NCBI RefSeq assembly: GCF_006345805.1
Contig: NC_043013.1
Coordinates: forward strand, 26,474,001-26,538,000
DNA length: 64,000 nt
Direction of reading: 5' to 3'
Source of the DNA: Octopus sinensis
Taxonomy: Eukaryota
Position 1 is the stretch's first letter; every line of letters starts with the position of its first letter. The position numbers and the translations under genes were made by a program. Below the pieces are notes generated by a model. That model saw only the letters and a list, made by a program, of their open reading frames with translations, made no database searches and had not been told where the DNA came from. Below are positions 50,406 through 62,212 of the stretch, piece after piece.

Positions 50406-51165
50406 TGTAGAACGACTGTACGAAAGGAGATGGTGACGAATGAATGACTACTTTAAACACTGCATGGTCGCCTTACAATAAAAGCCAAAATATGGATAAA
50501 TGAAGGAATAAGGAGAAGACGACACAACCAGAGAATGTAAGAGAAAGGCTTTATTTAGGTGTTGACATGTGGGTAGCAGAGCGTGTGTACGTCATAAGTA
50601 CATATATAATAAGAACAATAATAATAGACAGGCAGTCAGGCATACAATAATGTGTATGAGTGTTAGCTGAAATTCTTGCAGGTTAAGCTAGCTGTTAACC
50701 ATGGTGAAATATTCACAAACAGGGTGAAGTTAAACTTGGGCGAATGTTGGCGTCGATAAGATGAAGGCAACGGAGATGGAGACGACGTTAAGATGAAGGC
50801 GATGGTGGTGGAGGTCCTGAATACAGCTGGTGTTGGTGTTGTCGCTGGAACATGGCTGAGTGCTCTGTGGTCAGTGGTAAGAACCAAAGACGAGATAGGG
50901 TGAATCGCTGAAGCTTTTATAGCAAATAGTAGGTTCCAGAAGAGAATTTAGAAGACTGTGTCACGGGACCTTATCAGAAGGTTGCGATTGGTTGGGTCGC
51001 ACATTGACACGAAATAAAGCGAGACAAACTGCACCAAAAACAACCAATCAGAGTAGTAGACAACAGGGCCTAAGCAGCCAAAGGTTAACTGTTATCTGCT
51101 ACTTCTGTATTTGTGTTATATATGTCAGAGAGAGAGAAGATGTATTTCACTAAGGGTACGCTACA
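50406..51165 (-). mobile_element. Solo LTR (Gypsy-like), 760 bp
   Basis: TGTAG...CTACA termini; 4-bp TSD CTAT (50402-05 / 51166-69); empty site visible at about 48008-48020. On the minus strand: CCAAT near 50985-50990, TATAAAAG at 50921-50914, AATAAA at 50555-50550. Confidence 0.85.
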
Positions 51166-51340
51166 CTATAAATGTGATCCAATCGATGTGTTTGTTAATC
51201 TGAGGTTTTCTCCATTTTCTGATTATTTTTATTGGTTTCTGATAAACTCTTGTTTATCCTGTTGTTACTTACACTCTACGTTCATGGTGTGCAGGCACAC
51301 CAATGCCCAAGGATAATACGGGTAACAGATACTGATATTA

Positions 51341-52749
51341 CAGGGTGTTCATAAAGACTTTCTGCAGTGAATTTTTTTCATCCTGCACACGCACAACTTG
51401 GCTATCACTGCATGATGGGGCTGGGTATCAGCGTTTGTCACTCAGTCACTGTGTACCCTTCAGCATGTTGACATGCTAACCATTGAAGAACATACATTTT
51501 TAGGTGAATGGGTATTTTGAGCATGGAAACAAATACCCAGATACTGTGAAACAGAAGTTCAGTGAAACTTTTCCAAATACTTTTGTTCCACATCGTGACA
51601 CTGTGTAGGATTTGATAAGAAAATTTAGAAACACAGGCTCAATGGAAGATGCAGCAAGAAGCAGTAGGTCTACTGTTCTTTCAAACGAAACACTCTCCAA
51701 TATTTTTGATGAACTATTGGAAAGCCCGTCAAAGACCTTACTCAAATTGTCACAGGAAACGGAAATCAGCCTAGGAAGTGCTCACGCAGCAGTAAAAAAG
51801 AAATTAAATTTCTATACATACAAAGTGCTGGCCATTCAAGAATTGAAGACTATGGATCATGCTAAAAGGCTTCATTATTGTCATTGGTTCCAAAACTTTG
51901 TTGCCGAAAAAGGCATAGAAGTGCTGGATGGGTGTTTTTACACCGATGAAGCTTGGTTTCATCTGTCGGGACCCATAAATTCGCATAAGACAAGGTTATC
52001 GCAACACGAGCAATCTCTGCATATCGGAAAAGTTGGAGTATGGATAGCAATTTCGAGAAAGCGTATTGTGGGACTGATATTTTTTTAAGACACCATCAAC
52101 ACCTAGAGATATTGCTCAAATATTGTCTATCCATTTGTAGGCCAACTCACCGAAAGTGAAATTAATACTGTATACTTTCAGCAAGATGAAGCTACAGCGC
52201 ATACTTCGTGCATCACCATGGCGCTACTTCAAGAGTTTTACGGTGAACGGATTATTTCGAAGAGACTTCACCAAGATCACCTGGTTTAACACCGCCAGAC
52301 ATTTTTTTTTCTGGCGAGCAAGTAAAGCATCAGTGTACAAGAATCGCCCGAAAACCATTAATGATATTCTCTAACCTCATAAGAGACATTCTGAGCAACT
52401 GCACGAACAGACAGACCTCCAATAAAGCATATTTAGAATTAGAAAATCAACCAGCCCCTATAACAGAATATACACCAATACTAGAAATACATAAAAATAT
52501 TATCATCCTTATACCATGCAATCATAACCTTCACACGGTCCATATCGTGTCAGATACACCAAGATATATTTCAAAACATGTGTAGAAGAGTCAACTTATG
52601 TATTGTAAATGAAGGACGACACCTTCAACACCTCTTATAAAGTTTTTTAAAGTCTTGTAAAGTCTAATATATTCTTTTGTAGTCTTATATCATCTCATAA
52701 ATATATATTTTGCAATAAAATACTGCGGGGAGACTTTTTGAAAACCCTG
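51341..52749 (+). mobile_element. Near full-length Tc1/mariner element (rosa/Visitor-like), transposase pseudogene
   Basis: Imperfect TIRs CAGGGTGTTCATAAAGACTTTCTGCAGT / ACTGCGGGGAGACTTTTTGAAAACCCTG; TA TSD. Motifs KFRNTGS, FYTDEAWFHL, FQQDEATAH, PRSPGLTPPD and RRVNLCIVNEGRHLQHLL*; stops and frameshifts present. Confidence 0.9.
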
Positions 52750-52829
52750 TATATAAGGATATTTTTATCCCTTAGTCGGTTATTATAACTGCTAACTTTC
52801 TCTCTCTCTACACCCACACACACACATAT

Positions 52830-53061
<232 letters not shown>

Positions 53062-53062
53062 T

Positions 53063-53690
53063 GGCGAAGTTTCGCATGTCGTAGCACAGATTTCCGTCGA
53101 TTTTCGTAAAAAACTTTTATTTTTTTACATAAGTAATGAGAGCGAAAGAGACTAAGAGGAAGCGATTTTATGACGAGAAGGTTTCTCTTTGAAATCGGCC
53201 TGTGTGTGTTTGATGGGGTGTGGGAGACAGACAGTATGTTGTGTAAGTGAAGTGCTTCTGTTAGTGTGTGCGAAGAGACAGAGAGAGTAATGTGTGAAAG
53301 AGATAACTGAAATTTTACTCGGTGTATGTGTATATGTATGTATGCATGTATGTGTGTGTGTGTGTATGTATCTATGTATGTGTGTGTAAGTATGTGTGTG
53401 TGTATGTATGTATGTATGGCCGATTCATCGTAATTTTTTACTCGGTGTATGTGTATATGTATGTCTGCATGTATGTATGTGTGTGTATGTTATGTATCTA
53501 TGTATGTGTGTATGTGTATGTATGTATGTGTGTATGTATGTATGGTCGATTCAGTGTAATTTTTTACTCGGTGTATGTGTATGTCTGCATGTATGTGTGT
53601 GTGTATGTATCTATGTGTGTGTGTGTGTGTGTGTAAGTATGTGTGTGTGTATGTATGTATGTATGTATGTGTGTATATATATATACATAC
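53063..53690 (+). mobile_element. Non-autonomous TIR element (MITE), left TIR intact, right end lost in microsatellite
   Basis: About 250 bp nearly identical to 58800-59070. Its left end matches the reverse complement of 59238-59288. Confidence 0.75.
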
Positions 53691-53740
53691 ATATACATAT
53701 ATATATATGTTTTACGTTCTTGTCCCAGTTTGTATTTTTC

Positions 53741-53780
<40 letters not shown>

Positions 53781-54395
53781 TGATAGATCTGTCATAATAA
53801 AGAAACACTCGTCAAGAATATTATGCAAATAGAGATATTCGAAGCATGGATAGCATTGTAGCATAGTATGAAACAAACAAAATATTGCTGTGTTTATGTT
53901 ATTATGTTGTTGCAGTGAATGAAAGCTGCTAAAGAAAACGTTTATGGAGAAGAAGAAGACGCAGCCAAAGTAGAAAACTTTCCTGTAACTTCATCATTTG
54001 AAAGTCATTTCGTTATTCTATTTTAGAGGAATAACACAGGTCTTTAAAATGAAAACAGAAATACGTTGCGTAATTCCCCCTTATGCATATACGATTGTGT
54101 GTCTGTGTGATTTCCCCATAATCATTCAATAATTGGTGATTTATGAAGGTTTAAAATAACACGAAACTGAGAGAAGAGTGAAAAAGGTTTTCAACGAAAT
54201 TGTGGAAATAGATTAATGGTTTTATTAGTTATATATAAATATATATATGGATAAATTTATATATGTGCCTACATATGTATGTGTGTATGTATGCACGTGT
54301 GTACACGTCCGTATAGAAATGTATGTATATTGTATATATGAGTATATTGTATATAATTATGCTTATATGTTTATATAAATGTGTGTGTGTCTATG

Positions 54396-54456
<61 letters not shown>

Positions 54457-54615
54457 GGAGATATAGATAGATAGATAGATAGATACAAGGAGATATAGAT
54501 AGATAGAGAGAGAGATTGAGACGGGGGAGATAGATAGATAGATAGACAGATAGAGAGAGAGAGAGAGAGGGAGATAGAGAGATAAACATATTTAAAAAAA
54601 AAAAAAACAACGAAC

Positions 54616-54656
54616 CAATTTCCTGATCCTATGATACAAACTTTCTTCGGAGCCAT
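54616..54656 (-). CDS. Gpd1: GPD exon 1 coding part (MAPKKVCIIGSGN-TG), 41 nt
   Basis: ATG at 54656 in strong context (AACATGG). Donor GTTCGT at 54615. Same length and phase-2 junction as human GPD1 exon 1 (recalled sizes). Confidence 0.95.
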
Positions 54657-54872
54657 GTTCGTAGCATAAGTCAATGGAGATTGTTGAGTATGTAGTGTGC
54701 GTTGAGTGGCGAACGATACCAAGTTAAATGGCGTTGACAAAAGCCTGTAGCAGACGATATCCTTGAGACTGTTTGCAAGGACATTGATGTCAGGGCGTAC
54801 AGTGCGGTGGTGGTGATGACGGGAGTAGGTGGTGGTGCATTTGAGAATGTGGTTGGACGTACACCTGAGCAT
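54657..54872 (-). CDS. Gpd1: Putative in-frame N-terminal extension of GPD (72 aa), resembling a mitochondrial presequence
   Basis: ATG at 54872 (CACATGC, weak context) is open and in frame to the MAPKK ATG. 6 R + 2 K versus 2 D and 0 E; S/T-rich; contains RLLST and RTLHT. Confidence 0.55.
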
Positions 54873-55199
54873 GTGGTAAGAAGTGAATCCAGACCACAGC
54901 ACTGCAGCGCTAAGGAGAAGAGGTCAGAGAACGGGGTCAGGCGAGCGAAGTAACCCAGCTGTTACATCAAATTATTATTATTTAGTTTGTACGATTATCG
55001 CGTCGTTAGATGTGTATAACCTGCTGATATAAACTATTGATAAATAAAAGGGAGTGTTTTACTAAAGCACAGAAAGTCCAATCAATTAGATGAACATGAA
55101 CAAAACGAACATAAAAAATATTAAAGTAAATTGTCCATTGTTTTGATCACAGATGCTGATGCTGCCAATGAATATTTTTTTCTTTTTGAAATAGTTGTA

Positions 55200-55380
55200 A
55201 GCGTAGCTGTGTAGTAAGAGGTTTGCCTTCCAATCACATGTTTCCGAGTTCAGTCCCACTGCGTAGCCCCTGGGACAATTGTCTTCTCCAAAACCTTGCC
55301 AGTGGATTTGGCAGACGGAAACTGAAAGAAGCATATCGTGTATGTGTGTGTGTGTGTATGTATGTTTGTGTCTGTGTGTA
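55200..55380 (+). mobile_element. SINE family B 5' half
   Basis: TAGCTGTGTAGTAAG...GAGTTCAGTCCCACTGCG...GGAAACTGAAAGAAGC. Its 3' half lies at 56225-56420. Confidence 0.75.
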
Positions 55381-55647
55381 CAGTGGCAGACTGTCCAGGT
55401 TGCCAGCTTGCCCGATGGCAAGTTGGCCCCTGCACCATTAGAATCCATATATGGGGGCCCATCCCCTCAAGTTTGAGAATTTTTTATTCACTCCTGGAAG
55501 AATGCATTATTTCAGCCTGGATGTGTTTGTAGATAGTTGAAAAGAATACTTTTAACAAAAAAACTTAATGATAGCATTGCAGTTGCGGGTGCTCCCCCCC
55601 CCCTTAGTCTCCTGGCAACCAATATTTTTAGACCCAATCCGTCACTA
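55381..55647. mobile_element. hAT-like MITE inserted in the SINE's internal microsatellite
   Basis: Termini CAGTGGCAGA / ATCCGTCACT; subterminal GGTTGCCAG / CTGGCAACC inverted pair. TSD not resolvable. Confidence 0.55.
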
Positions 55648-55657
55648 TATATATGTA

Positions 55658-56174
55658 CTAGCAGTATCGCTCGGCGTTGCTCGGGTTTGTAAGGGAAATA
55701 ACTATATAAGCATTTTTAGAGAGTTACTTCCCTTATAGATGCCAATTCGGGCTTTCTTAGCCATTTCTGTTTTGGTGTCTTCAAGCCATGAAGTCGTTGT
55801 TCTAAAAGAACGCTGGTCTCCTTGACAACGCATTACGACGTTGATTTCCTTAAACTCCCTTCCCCACAGCTTCACGAGGGAGGGAAGAAGGGGGAGAAGC
55901 AAACACAGGTGCAGGTGTTTGAGCGTGGACGCCAACTCCGCCGCCATCGACACACGAAAAATTATGCATTAAAATGGAATAAAAAATTATGTTAAATTAT
56001 TTTTAAAATCGTAGACTCATCGTAGACGCGCGCTAATAGCCAGACGGGCTCGATATTAATCACGACTATAAGATACCCGAATTTGGTTAAACTGCACCGC
56101 AAAATGTGGGAGGAGTTAGGAATCTAAATCGAAGGGGACAGACACTCACACAACTACAGTTTTATATATATAGA
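55658..56174 (-). mobile_element. Non-autonomous Helitron, 517 bp
   Basis: Minus strand reads A|TCTATATATATAAA ... CCCGAGCAACGCCGAG (hairpin-like) CGATACTGCTAG|T: 5'-TC, 3'-CTAG, inserted between A and T with no TSD. Confidence 0.82.
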
Positions 56175-56224
56175 TGTATATGTCTTTGTGCTTGGGTAAA
56201 ATTACAGTAATTTTACCTGTGCTT

Positions 56225-56420
56225 GTACTTGAGAATCGGTGTTGGTTTGCTTACGTCCCCGTAACTTAGCGGTTCGTCTTAAAGAATCCAACAGAATAAG
56301 TACCAAGCGTAGAAAAAGAAAATAATTACTGGGATCGATTTGATCGGCTAAACCCTTCTAGGAGGTGCCCCAGCATGGCCGCAGTCCAATGACAAAAAAA
56401 AAAAACAAGATAAAAGATGA
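56225..56420 (+). mobile_element. SINE family B 3' half
   Basis: TACGTCCCCGTAACTTAGCGGTTCG...CCAGCATGGCCGCAGTC signature. Confidence 0.8.
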
Positions 56421-58798
56421 AAATACTGGATTTGTAAAATTTCTCAATTCATAACAAATTCGAGTGGATGTGTGGGAATAATGGAACTGAAAGGATTGTT
56501 TTTATTTCTAGATACAAGATGAAAAAAAATATAATTCTTTTTAAAAAGCAATACGGCATCAAAAAAACAATACAACTTTGCTTTAGACCCTGATCACTGA
56601 TCGAGCTGGCCAAAGTTCAAAGATATTTCAGTAATGACCATCACACCATTTTCTTTCATTTATTTATTTATTTTATTTTTTTATCCATGATACTTTTCTT
56701 CGGTCTATATTATCTGATGTGTGGTTAGAAGGCAATGTTACTATGATGATTATATGTAAATGGGAAAGATTAACGGAGAATCTTGCCTCTCATAATATAG
56801 AAACATTTCTCATGGTTATTTCTGTTGTGTCGAAGTGTCACATTAAAGACCCATATTGACTCCTCTAAAATGATCTGATAAGAAATGAATTAGTTTCAAA
56901 GCGGGAGAATTTGGCGCCTGAAATTGAAATAAATATCGAATACGGAATAAATAAAAACTGCAGCAAAAATTGCTACAAACTACCCTTAAGTTTTGGGGGT
57001 TTCTTTTACAAAATCACACATACAAAGTTGCAATAAAAGTTTTATATTGCGGATTCGATTCATTGGGAGATATTTTTCGTCTTTTATTATAATTCCATTC
57101 ATAAGATGCTTTATAGAAAATATAAATCGAACCTGTACTTGATTTATATTTTAATTTTTATCAACCTTGATAAAAGGATGGAAGGCAAAGTAGACCTCTT
57201 CGGGATTTAAACATATAATTAACATTTTACTGGGTACTGGACTGCAATTGTAAGCCAGTAGTTTTTAGTTGATTGTATTGGTCCTTGTATTTTTGTGACT
57301 GATTGATATTTCATTGATCGGGACATCGACAAAAGGGACGTGACTCGAACCGAATAAATACAACAAAATGCTTTTAGATCGATGCATCGATTTTTTTTCG
57401 GCGCCAAAATTTGAAATCATTATTGTTTGTTTGTTTGACTCGAAAATCTTCCCCCAGATTCAAATTTAGTATGCTTATTGTTTTTAATCAATTATGCCGA
57501 TCCCAGAATTTTGAGACCGATACTAATTTTAATTTTTTTTTTATCGGAGTTTTTTCAGGGGTTCCACAGAGAAGGGATGTAACTCGAAAGAAAGTATGAA
57601 TGCCTGTGTTCAATGTATCGATTCTTCCGGCATTTTATCTTTTTTCTTTTTGTTAGTAATTTGTTAAAAATGGTTCTTCCTAAATTTGTGGATCTTTTCG
57701 TTTTTGAACGGTAGTTTCACCAGATTCTTTTCGTCCCAAATGTTCTACATTGAGTTTTGCACACTGATGACGGAAATCAGTTGCCTTTCCCTCCCCTAAA
57801 ATATACTATCGAGTATATTAAGGGTTTATAAGCTGACCAATGAAATTTTATTCCAGATCAAAACCGAAGTTCAGTGAATGTAACAAAATGACCCTTTAAG
57901 AGAATTAACCAACTGGACGGCTGATGACCGTTCTACACAGGGATGTCTACTAGCCAGAATGACAAACTTGACCATCAGAAAGATAAGACGTCATCAGTAC
58001 TTTTACGAATCAAAAAATAGATCCGTTCACGGAAAAGAATTATAAATACACTGGATTCCAAAAAGAAAACCACCGTTACAAGCGAAAATCGCTGCACACA
58101 ACGGAGAAAGAATCACCTTTTTAACTCAGTGTGACCGAACTTTTGATGATCCACATTTCTTATCGATCACTTCTAATGCTATTGAATTTTGTGCATTTAA
58201 ACAAGGTGATCCACATTTTTTTATGTTATTGACTGTTGTGAACATTTAAATCATATTTGATATTATTGAATTTTGTAAACATTGAATCTTTTGAATATGT
58301 TTTTCTACTTCACAATTTTAAATTTTTACCATTGATAAACAAAAAATAGGTACTACAAGCGAACAGAAACTAATTTTTTAAACTAAGTAAATAAATTATT
58401 TTTATAAAAAAACTAGGTATAGGGTTAGGGTTAAAAAGTCGTAGGATCTACTACTTACGACTAACTAGTGCGCGCACCGGGACCCAATTTTAAAACAATT
58501 ACAACTTTTTCAAATTCAGGTGCATTTTCAATAAATTTTTCTATATTTTTCCTATTGTTTATATATATAATATTTTATATACATAGTTTTTATATTTCTT
58601 TTTCCTATATATATAACATATTTTTAACTTTAAGATAAAATCTATATATGATTTTATCTGGTAGTTAGCATGTAATGACCAGTTATGGAAAAATCAATAA
58701 ACCTATATCAAGGACAAGCGAGTAAGTACACAGGTTTACCCACATGCTAAAGGAAGACACCAAGGTAGTTTAGAAAATATTCACAGGATGTAAAATTC

Positions 58799-59288
58799 CG
58801 TAGCACACGTTTCCGTCGATTTCCGTAAAAAACTTTTATTTTTTCTACATATGGCTTTGCGGGAATATTTGAAGTAATGAGAGCGAAAGAGACTAAGAGG
58901 AAGCGATTTTATGACGAGGGAATTTCTTTTTGAAGTCCCCGTGTGTGTGTTTGATGGGGTGTGGGAGACAGACAGTATGTTGTGTAAGTGAAGTGCTTCT
59001 GTTAGTGTGTGCGAAGAGACAGAGAGTAATGTGTGAAAGAGAGAGATAACTGAAATTTTTTACTCGGTGTATGTGTGTGTATGTATCTATTATGTGTGTG
59101 TGTATGTATGTGTGTGTGTGTAAGTATGTGTGTGTGTATGTATGTATGTATGGCCGATTCAGTGTATTTTTTACTCGGTGTATGTGTATATGCATGTATG
59201 TGTGTGTGTGTATGTATGGCCGATTCAGTGTTTACATTTTTTACGGAAATCGACGGAAACGTGTGCTACGAAAAACGAAACATCGCCA
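58799..59288 (+). mobile_element. Non-autonomous TIR element (MITE), second copy
   Basis: CGTAGCACACGTTTCCGTCGATTTCCGTAAAAA at the left and its reverse complement at about 59238-59270; internal (TG/TATG) arrays. Confidence 0.85.
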
Positions 59289-60081
59289 ACATCGCTAAAT
59301 ATACTTAAACATATATATTTATACATATATATATACACATATACATTTATATATATATTTCTATGGCAATGTTTTAACATTGCCATTTCTATAAATACAT
59401 CAACACACATAGTTCAGTGTAAAACAACTCCCATTAACTGTCATGTTTTCTACTTTCAGAAAATATTCACAGGATGTAAAATTTATTTTTCAATTCTTAT
59501 CTTGCATGTCATGATATGTATTTCATGTTGAATGATCGAAATGAGTGGTAGATAGGCAGCCGACAACTGATAAAAAGTCGTTTCTCTGTTTACTTGTCCT
59601 GTTTTCCATTATTTTCTCTCGTTGTTTACGTAATTAACTCGTTGTCTATGTATTTCATGTTGTTTACACAGTTGGTGACGTCCTGTACCTATATATGCAG
59701 ATATATATTATTATTATTATTTATCATTATTCTGTATTTATATATGTACGTATACATGACAACAACCCCTTTACTCATTCACACGCGCATACATATATGT
59801 ATAGAAAGGTACATGCAAAAACATACGTGTGCGTGTGTAACTAATTATAAATATATAGAGCTGAACACGGTGTAAAAAAAATAATGGAAATTAACGAAGT
59901 GTGCGATTTCAAGCAAAATAATGCCCCATGGCCTGTGTGTGTGTGTGTGAGATAGAGAGAGAAAGAGAACATTACAAATAATGAATAAGATAAACATGGA
60001 ATGAAAAAATCGTATAAATAAAAGCACTTTAAAAACTATCTTGTACCGAAATTTACATTTGTGAACTTAGTAAATATTTCT

Positions 60082-61373
60082 TGGGGGATAAAGCAGTTTC
60101 GCACCTCTCCGTGAAGATGCATTTTTTTTTAAATATATTTTCTCGGATTCCTACGTTTTAGATGTCGGAAATTACGAATATGCGAAACACAAATTTTTTA
60201 GATTTCAGTCCCACCCCCACCCCCGGAATTTAAAAATTTTGATTTTGTTTACTGTGAAGAGATTGTAGCAAATCGAAATTAAATACTTTTACTCTTTACT
60301 CTTTTACTTGTTTCAGTCATTTGACTGCGGCCATGCTGGAGCACCGCCTTTAATCGAGCAACTCGACCCCGGGACTTATTCTTTGTAAGCCAAGTACTTA
60401 TTCCATCGGCCTCTTTTGCCGAACCGCTAAGTGACGGGCACATAAACACACCAGCATCGGTTGTCAAGCAATACTCGGGGGACAAACAGACACATATATA
60501 TACATATATACGACGGGCTTCTTTGAGTTTCCGTCTACCAAATCAACTCACAAGGCTTTGGTCGGCACGAGGCTATAGTAGAAGACACTTGTCCAAGGTG
60601 CCACGCAATGGGACTGAACCCGGAACCATGTGGTTGGTAACCAAGCTACTTACGAGTACCACATTTCTCGTACCACACAGCCACAAAAATATTAAAGTTA
60701 GAAGAATTTGCGTTTTACTTCTGTTTGCCTGAAATAATCATAAAACTTTTTCAGCCGTCTATTTATTTGTCTATCTATTTATCCCTATCCGTTTATTCAT
60801 ATCTATCTACATTACTTATGCTTATGAAATGAAAAATTTTAAAAACGTGGTTTCTTGGATATTCGGAATCTCTGTCATCGAAAGCATAGGAACCCGCTGA
60901 AAAAAAAAATCGGAAACGTCAAGGTTTTTTTGGGGGGAGGGGGGGTAACTGCGTGACATCCTCCAGAGATGCGGGGTGAAATTAAAAAATTTTTGGCGTA
61001 ACTTCGGTATAGTTACCGGAAGTACCGGATACATTTCAAGAAAGTGTTATTTTTATATATATGGGGGAGGTTAGGTTTACGGTTACGGTTAGGGGTGGTA
61101 GAAAAGGGTTTCTGTTATCTTCAGAAATGTAAATAAAGCCACTTACGGTATCTATACCGAAGGATCACCCCGGAAGTGGCTTTGTTTACATTTCTGAAGA
61201 TAACAGAAACCCTTTTCTACCACCCCTAACCCTAACCCCCCATATATATATATAAAAAAAACACTTTCTTGAAATGTATCCGGTTCTCCGATATCTAAAA
61301 CGTAGGAATCCGAAAAAATATTTTCAAAAAAATAAATTTTTCAAGGAGAGGTGCGAAACTGCATTAGCCCCTG
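60082..61373. mobile_element. Non-autonomous DNA element with about 85-bp TIRs, containing a SINE and an inner palindrome
   Basis: GGGGATAAAGCAGTTTCGCACCTCTCC...CGGATTCCTACGTTTTAGAT at 60084-60165 is the reverse complement of 61290-61371. Superfamily not assigned. Confidence 0.75.
60285..60686 (-). mobile_element. SINE family B, well preserved (CpG-rich)
   Basis: Complete tRNA-like head to (TAAAAGAG)n-like tail. Confidence 0.9.
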
Positions 61374-62212
61374 TAATTTATTGTAGTTGTTTACAAATAG
61401 CGAACTTGATGAAAACATTAAAAATTTTCACGTCAATACCGGAAGTTGACACTGAGAAGTGAATCATATAACAAATTTATTAATATCTCAAGAAGTAATT
61501 ACGAAGGAAAACAAAACTCCAGAACTTAGAACGAAATCATCAGCTCAATAAGATTTCACTGTTTTACAAATGCTTATCCTGCAATAGATAGCAGCCAAAT
61601 GTTTCTAAACTCACACACAACTATTTTTTAAAAATAATAGATTATATTAAATAATGTAGTCTAGGGTACATTATGCTGAAAAAAATCTGATGATCAGTGT
61701 TGGAATATTTTAAATTATATTTAGACTCAATGAATGAAGACCAGCGCTTTTCAATCTAGTTTTGGATTTGACGAATAAGAATCTGTTTGAATGGATAGAT
61801 TACTCTGAAACTAATGTGGAGAAAACACACACACACACTGACACCTACACACACTTTTCAATGTACAAGAATTTTGGTACGTACAGAGTGACAAAATGAA
61901 ACTAAAAACACCAGACTCAAATACTTTCGTTACTCAGGTCCAACTTCCGACTTCCTGAATTCAAGTCTCATCATAGATAGCCTTATTGTTCATTCCCGCC
62001 ACATGAAAACCAAATTGCCTAACACAATAATAGGAAATACATTCCAAATACACACATATATAGTTGTAATATTTTTATATCCTTTTTCCAGTACTAGTGT
62101 AAAATGCTGCTGTGTAGAGGATTTCTTTGAATGTAGGGTTATTAATAATTATCTTTCTCTCTCTCTCTGTTTCCTTATTATGTGTAACATTGGAAATTTT
62201 ATATTTCCCACA

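Noticed and set aside
54720-54750. PTS2-like RLLSTPFNL in the N-terminal extension
   Set aside because: Position 8 is N, not the required H/Q. Overall composition fits a mitochondrial presequence better.
57219-57407. ORF starting 'MAPKKNRC', resembling GPD exon 1
   Set aside because: The first codon is TTG, similarity stops after 15 nt, and there is no GSGNW or matching donor. Treated as coincidence.
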